NCBI GenBank assembly: GCA_047495785.1 | Contig: JBLDXI010000042.1 | Span: 2,170,001-2,234,000, forward strand | Length of the DNA: 64,000 nt | Reading direction: 5' to 3' | DNA from: Lepidodermella squamata | Taxonomy: Eukaryota > Animalia > Gastrotricha | Shown: positions 57,788 through 64,000 of the stretch, in pieces | Position numbering within the stretch: position 1 is the first letter of the stretch | Layout of the letters: every line of letters starts with the position of its first letter | Position numbers and translations under genes: made by a program | Notes under the pieces: model-generated | What the model was told of the DNA's origin: nothing | Database searches by the model: none | Seen by the model: the letters and a program-made list of their open reading frames with translations, nothing else

Positions 57788-59404
57788 TACTTCAAACAGA
57801 AGATGAAAGCTCTATAGGCCCAAGTCTTTGAATATTAAATCTTGTGACGCGGCCGAATATTTTTGGTAAATAAAAAAAAGCAGCGCGCCAGGTAAAAGCG
57901 TCCGGTTTAGAGCGAATACGGGCTTAGAAAGTCCAGCTTGGAAAACTGAGCTTAGAATTATGATAATATCTTTAATAGTGGAACTGAGATATGCATATTA
58001 ATCTACGTATTGTCCCAACATGTTCATTTTAATAACTATTCCATAGAGAATAGAGTTACCAGAGATGAAACTCCCATAGGAAACTTCAATCTTTTAAAAG
58101 CCTAAAACTGGGTGAAAACCGTTCTTTTCCGAGAGGGTTGTGATCGAAGGAAGAGCGTAAATTTGAGATTTCTTTTACGCAACAATGAACGACCCGATAA
58201 CGCGCCAATTTTTACCTGGCGTTAGCCATACCTGAGAGCTACCTGTGGTATAAAAATTGGCCCGCCAGGATCCTTTCAGGAATGTTCAGGAATGTTTCAG
58301 GATTCTAAGGTTGCACTTTTCTTTCGATCACAACCCAGTAATCTATGTGGCGTAGTACGTCAAATGTGTAAACCGGACTTTTTACCCTCCCCACGCTTGA
58401 AAATCGCTCCGAATTAGAAAAAGTCCGGTTTAGACGACAAAATTTTGATGTGAAGTCCATGTTTTCTGCACGACACACTGAAAATCGTCCGGTTTAGGCG
58501 ACTCCGATATACACAGCCTTGCGTAACATTTTCATATTTTGAGACATTCGAATGCGAGTTTTCAGCTGAGAAAGCGATTATTGATAGATAAAATATCGGC
58601 TGATAGATGAAAGCTCTGTGAAATATACATCTTTTGGTGTAGCAAACATGAAGGTTGTAGGTAAAAGGATTAGCTTTCTTTCGTTAGAATTTAACTGCTA
58701 AGAAGGAAATAAAATGGCTATTATTTTATCTTTTACCGGAAATTCATGCAGATGAAAAATTCTCATTGGCTTTTTCATGCAGGAGCAATTGAAGCTGGGA
58801 CTAATGATGACTCTCTTTTCATCGTCACGTCGCGATTTAGACAGAGGTGGCATTTTTATTTCAATTTATTTATTCCATACTAATACACAGGGATATGCAT
58901 CTGTAGCTCCAGATTGTGCGCAAGTAGGAGTGGGATTACTCTATGGCTAGCCATGGATTCCCTTATTATAGGCAATCCTATTCAAATTAGTGATTTTCCT
59001 ATATTATACTTCAAATTTCATCGTAAATGAGACACATCAGTGCCATTTTCGTCAATTTTTTTCTCCTCCTCTCTCTTATCTGGAAACTTGACCTGGAGAC
59101 TGACTGTGAGCGAGAAGAGCGAGCAGATACATTGTTAAACCCAGTCGTAAGAAAAGATGAATAAAATTTCAATTATCATGTTTTATTTAAATAAACCGTT
59201 CGGAGTGCAGGTGTATGCCAGCCCGAGGGCACCAAGCATGTAGAAGTGTATATAGGGTGTGGATAATAATATAAAGAACGGAGAGAGACTAGGTGATTCT
59301 ACCTGATGAATAAAACTGATGGCTATATACAGCTACACCATGTAAAATGAATAAGCAATAACGGGCATTGTCAAATCCAGGGTGCAACATAAAATAGTGG
59401 TGAA

Positions 59405-60429
59405 CATAGACAACTCTATACAGATCGGAAACTAGCGATCTTCCTATAATAAATAAATTCACACCAAAACGTGAAAAAGTGGGCACGCGACCTTCATTTT
59501 TATTCACTCATCGCCCTATCCGGCCATTGTAATTTTTCCGATTTTTAATTATTTTCTAAAATTCCCTGAGAAAATGTTTCATTTCCGACAAATTTCAAAC
59601 AAATTTTCCGGAATACTAGAAGCGCTCCTCTATCGAATGAGTCCCGTCTCATGAGACGGTTTTTTTTCTAACTTTTTTAAAATTATCTCAAAGTTGGTCA
59701 CTTTTACGAAAAATCGCCATTTCAAGAGTCTTTCAGGACGGTAAAATTTTTCATTTTAAGTCGAAAAATTCCGAAAAAAATACTATGATCTTATTCGATT
59801 TTTGCTCTATCCAAAGATATAAACTTGAGCGAATCAGAATTTTTTTCGAATTTCGCGAAATTTTCTGACTTGAAATATTGGGATTTTGCGTGATACTGCT
59901 AAGTCTAAAAATAGCTATTAGGTTTTTTGTAGCTATTTTTAGCTCGCTCAAAGTATTATCAAGCGAATGCAAATTTCGCGAAATTCGAAAAAAATTCTGA
60001 TTCGCTCAAGTTTATATCTTTGGATAGAGCAAAAATCGAATAAGATCATAGTATTTTTTTCGGAATTTTTCGACTTAAAATGAAAAATTTTACCGTCCTG
60101 AAAGACTCTTGAAATGGCGATTTTTCGTAAAAGTGACCAACTTTGAGATAATTTTAAAAAAGTTAGAAAAAAAACCGTCTCATGAGACGGGACTCATTCG
60201 ATAGAGGAGCGCTTCTAGTATTCCGGAAAATTTGTTTGAAATTTGTCGGAAATGAAACATTTTCTCAGGGAATTTTAGAAAATAATTAAAAATCGGAAAA
60301 ATTACAATGGCCGGATAGGGCGATGAGTGAATAAAAATGAAGGTCGCGTGCCCACTTTTTCACGTTTTGGTGTGAATTTATTTATTATAGGAAGATCGCT
60401 AGTTTCCGATCTGTATAGAGTTGTCTATG
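59405..60429. mobile_element. Foldback element with ~459-bp inverted arms
   Basis: Arms 59405-59863 and 59971-60429; CATAGA termini; 8-bp TSD GTGGTGAA. Confidence 0.92.
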
Positions 60430-60663
60430 GTGGTGAATCACGATAAAATAACCCAACATCCTGAAATGAGAACTTAATCTCATTCCTTATTATTTTCCCA
60501 TAAGGATTTATGCGTTTTTTCAGCCAGTGATATTTTTGATGTTTGAGTCACAGTGACTAACACATAGAGAACGGAGTCATCTATGGACTCACACGTTTTA
60601 GTCGGCGAAACGTGAGGTAAAAAGCGTGCATTGCCAGAAAGACCATTTTTCCAGAGGAGCTAA

Positions 60664-63600
60664 ATGAACACTAATTTAGAAGTGCTGCCATTTGTTCTTC
60701 TGTTAGCAATTCATGTTTTAGGAGCCAACGCAGCTTGCTCCATTCCTCGATTGCCATCTACCACAAAATTGACGCTGAATGGCACGGATGCGATACTGCG
60801 GCCTTTGACGTCAGTGGAAACTGGAGTTGCAGTGGCTATCAAATGCTCGGACGATTTTTACCTAATGCCTTCCAGCCCGAGATCGGTTTCATGCAGTGCA
60901 GCTGGAAATTTCACTCCGCCCATCAGCTCATGCGTCGGAGTAGAAAGTTGGCAAATTTTCCTATATCACCTTTCGCATAAATAACGTATTCCTCATCAGG
61001 GTATCTGGAGAATTTCCGAGGCATGTGCGGAGTGTCACCAATAGGCGCCAAAGTCAGTGGAGGAAGCCTCTCATTTCAAGGGGAATATCCTTGGATGGTA
61101 TAAAATCAAGCTGGTAATACTTGCTGGTAAAAATAAATTTTCGAATTTTAGGCTAGATTGGAGATTTTCAAACCCGGTGAAATCAATCCAGTCTATTGCG
61201 TGGCTACTTTAATCGATGAAAGTTGGCTATTAACGGCGGCTCATTGCTTTCGGGAGTGGGTGGTTAGCAGGTAAATTTTCAAATTTAAGAATCTAAATTA
61301 AATTAAGAAAATTTTGAAAAAACTGAGCACTCAAATTTAAAACTTTACCGTAACAAGCCCTAATTTTGGACAAAACACGTTAAAAATTAGCCTTTCGTCT
61401 GGAAAATTTGGAAAAAATGTGGAACATTGGGGCGAAGATTCTTGATCGACTGGTAAATTTTGAGAAATTTCAGAGCTCATCCTAATTTTTAAGAAATAGG
61501 TGAAGAAACCTCTCTAAATTTGGGCATAAGGCCCCAAATTTAAACACCTCATTTGCATATGCTAATTAAACCTTACGCAAATTGTATTCGCTTTGCGCAA
61601 TTTTTCTCGTGTTTTTGGAAAGTTTTGGAAAATTTCAACCGCTGGAAAGCCCAAGAGGCGAGCTATTTTTCAGGGAAATTCGCCTCTTTGTATCAGTTTT
61701 GTAAAATTCAGGCTCAAGGTGTCCAAATAATTTAAAATATTCTTTTTCTTTTCAGCATCACAGTCACCCTAGGAGTAAGCAATTTCGGCAGTCGAAATCC
61801 TGAAGGGATGCAAAAACGCTACCCATCAATGTCGGACGTGTTCGTTCATAAGCAGTACTTCAAAACTCAATCGGGGCAATATTACGATTACGCCCTCATA
61901 AAACTTGACGATCGAGCTACAATCAACGAATTTGTCCGGCCGGTATGTTTACCATCTGGAAACGCGAGTAACGCCTTGCAATGCGAAAGGGATGCGGCGA
62001 TCGGGGGCGATGCTGACACGATAGATGGCTGTGGCTTAGTCTCAGCCGCTGGTTGGGGGAATGCGGCCAATTCTACGCTGAAAAAGATCGATCTAAGAAT
62101 TTATTCAAGATCTGACTGCATGGGGAATGGCGCTTACTCGAATTTGACGAGGATCCACGTTTGCGCTGGTCCGATTTCTAGTGGCAGTAGCAACCCAGAT
62201 ACTTGCGGTGGAGACAGTGGCGCGCCTTTGATGTGCGAAAAAAATGGCCGGGTCCACGTGATTGGGGTAGTCTCTTTCGGCCAAATGCCGTGCGGAAGTG
62301 GATGGCCGGGGGTTTATGCCCGAGTTTGCGAAGCTCTCCCATGGATTCGGGAAATTATGGGAAATTGGACCCAGGCTGATACCCGAACCCGGCTTCCACC
62401 TATTGTGAGCTTATTTTCCTTATTTATTATTTTTTTCTAATATTTCCTTGTTAGTGCACCGTGCCAGATTTCAGCAACGGTTCTGCCTCGGATTCTGACC
62501 TAGGAACCCCATTAGCTCCTATGAGTCGTGTAAATGTTGGCAAACGGGTTACATTTCGATGCAGGCCGAATTTCGGATTCTCAGAATCTCTAAACGACAC
62601 CGCCACAACGAGCATGTGCATTTCGCCTGAAGAATGGGATCCACTTCTCAACTTCAAATGCATTCGAAACTGTGAGTATAATATAATATCTCCCCCGGTC
62701 AAGTCTTTAGCCTTGAGATTTTGAATAGCTTGTGGACCTGTTCCTAATATTACTAACGGAAGGTTCGATAGCTCGAATGTTGATTTCACGGTTGGTGCGA
62801 CGAGGCAACTTCAATGCAATCCGGGTTATGCTATGCCAAATGGTGGAGTTTTGAAATGTTTGGCTAACTTCACCTGGTCGCCATTGAATATATTTTGCGA
62901 AAAAATAGGTAAGTAGAAATAATTGGTATTTTGTTTAAATTATTTTTCCTGCTTTTCTCCTGAAAAGTTTGCTCGAATTCAAAGCTTCCAGTTGTAACTA
63001 ATGGGTTCATTGAACCCGGGCCAATCGAAGTTGGCACAAGCCGGAGAATTACGTGTAAACCAGGCTATCAAATCACCGGAATCCCGACCATCACCTGCTT
63101 ATCATCCGGCAATTGGTCATCATTGACGAGCAATTGTTCAGCTATCATATTGCCTCAGGTTCAAAAAATGAAAATATATAAAAAATAGGATCGGTTCGCA
63201 CTTAAATAAGTAAACGTTTTTGTCTATTCGCACTTCCAGTAGCGGATAATTGAAAATTTCTTGCACAAAATATTCTACGCTTGAAACTAGGTATAAGGCT
63301 CATACTTCAACTGGTTGGAAAAAACGATTCCAGTGTATGCATTTTTAGCTGATAAAAGTAAGTGGAACCTTTCAGAAAGGTCGGGAAGCTCAAGATTCTG
63401 TTGTTGCCCGCAGTTTCAAGCGTAGAATATTTTGCGCAAACATTTTTAATTATCCGTTACTGGAACCCCTTCTAACTTCGAATAGTCAAAAAACCCGTAC
63501 TTACTCAAGTACGAATATCCACTCCGTAAAAAATGTTAGTAATAATTTTCAGCTCATCAGTAGCTCAACAATTTTTCCCAAGCTCAAGTTCTGTGAAGTA

Positions 63601-64000
63601 GTTTTATGATAACTTGGCAATTTTTTTACAGGGTGACGCTGAAACTGTTGGGCGCCAACTGGGTGATTCCGCTGCTAAGGGTGACTTCAAGTTTGTCAGC
63701 CAACTTCTGACTCAAAATCCCGATTTGGATGTTAACTGGGCTGACCCTCGCAATTTAACCCGTTGCCTGGTCAATGTTAGCCACGCCACGGCTTTGATTC
63801 GAGCCCTGCAATGCAACATCACTAGCGCGAGTAGGATTCGAGTTCTGAAGCTACTCCTAGATCGAGGAGCTTCACTTAATGTCACCGATGCTACTAACGG
63901 TTATTCCCCACTGATGTTGGCCGCGTTTTGGAACGATACCGATGCCGTAACACTGCTGTTGGATAAAGGGGCTGATGCAGCTTTCCAGCAGGAATTCGGA
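60664..64000 (+). CDS. Secreted CCP-trypsin-like protease-CCPx3-ankyrin repeat protein (partial, multi-exon)
   Basis: Signal peptide, sushi, K|VSGG, TAAHC, DYALI, DTCGGDSGAP, three further sushi modules, then an exon from 63632 with LLLDRGA..GYSPLMLAA..LLLDKGAD. Confidence 0.8.
63233..63465. mobile_element. Intronic MITE-like inverted repeat
   Basis: ttccagtagcggataatt...aatattctacgcttgaaact is inverted at about 63412-63465. Confidence 0.7.

Noticed and set aside
62400-62440. Hydrophobic tail after the trypsin domain (IVSLFSLFIIFF) suggesting a membrane anchor
   Set aside because: It is read-through into an intron (gtgagc donor, ttag acceptor at about 62454) ahead of the next CCP exon.

Overview
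Invertebrate (animal) genomic DNA with short GT-AG introns. Left part (1-8.8 kb): a broken R2/NeSL-type non-LTR retrotransposon carrying a 2A-like peptide, several MITEs, prolyl-4-hydroxylase fragments and a CR1/L2 fragment. Middle (9.0-32.4 kb): a tandem array of six paralogous cell-surface glycoprotein genes (signal peptide, CCP-like, LamG/L-lectin-like, Thr-rich stalk, SEA, hydrophobic tail), interrupted by hAT, MULE, CACTA-like and RTE insertions. The main feature is an apparently intact 22,958-bp Polinton/Maverick (adintovirus-like) element at 32438-55395 with AGTAGT...ACTACT termini. It has all core genes (pPolB, ATPase, cysteine protease, major and minor capsid, integrase) and about 22 predicted spliceosomal introns. 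Its cargo is unusual: a TBP-family protein, a CDK-like kinase, a PC4-like protein and an acidic protein with RNA polymerase II CTD-like heptads plus a SIM, together with a TATTTAAA motif ahead of nearly every virion/integration gene. It also carries a RING E3 followed by five UBL3-like ubiquitin-fold genes and an MPPED-like phosphoesterase. Right part: MITEs, a 1-kb foldback element and a secreted CCP-trypsin-CCP-ankyrin gene running off the window. All family assignments come from motif recognition by eye; no searches were run.
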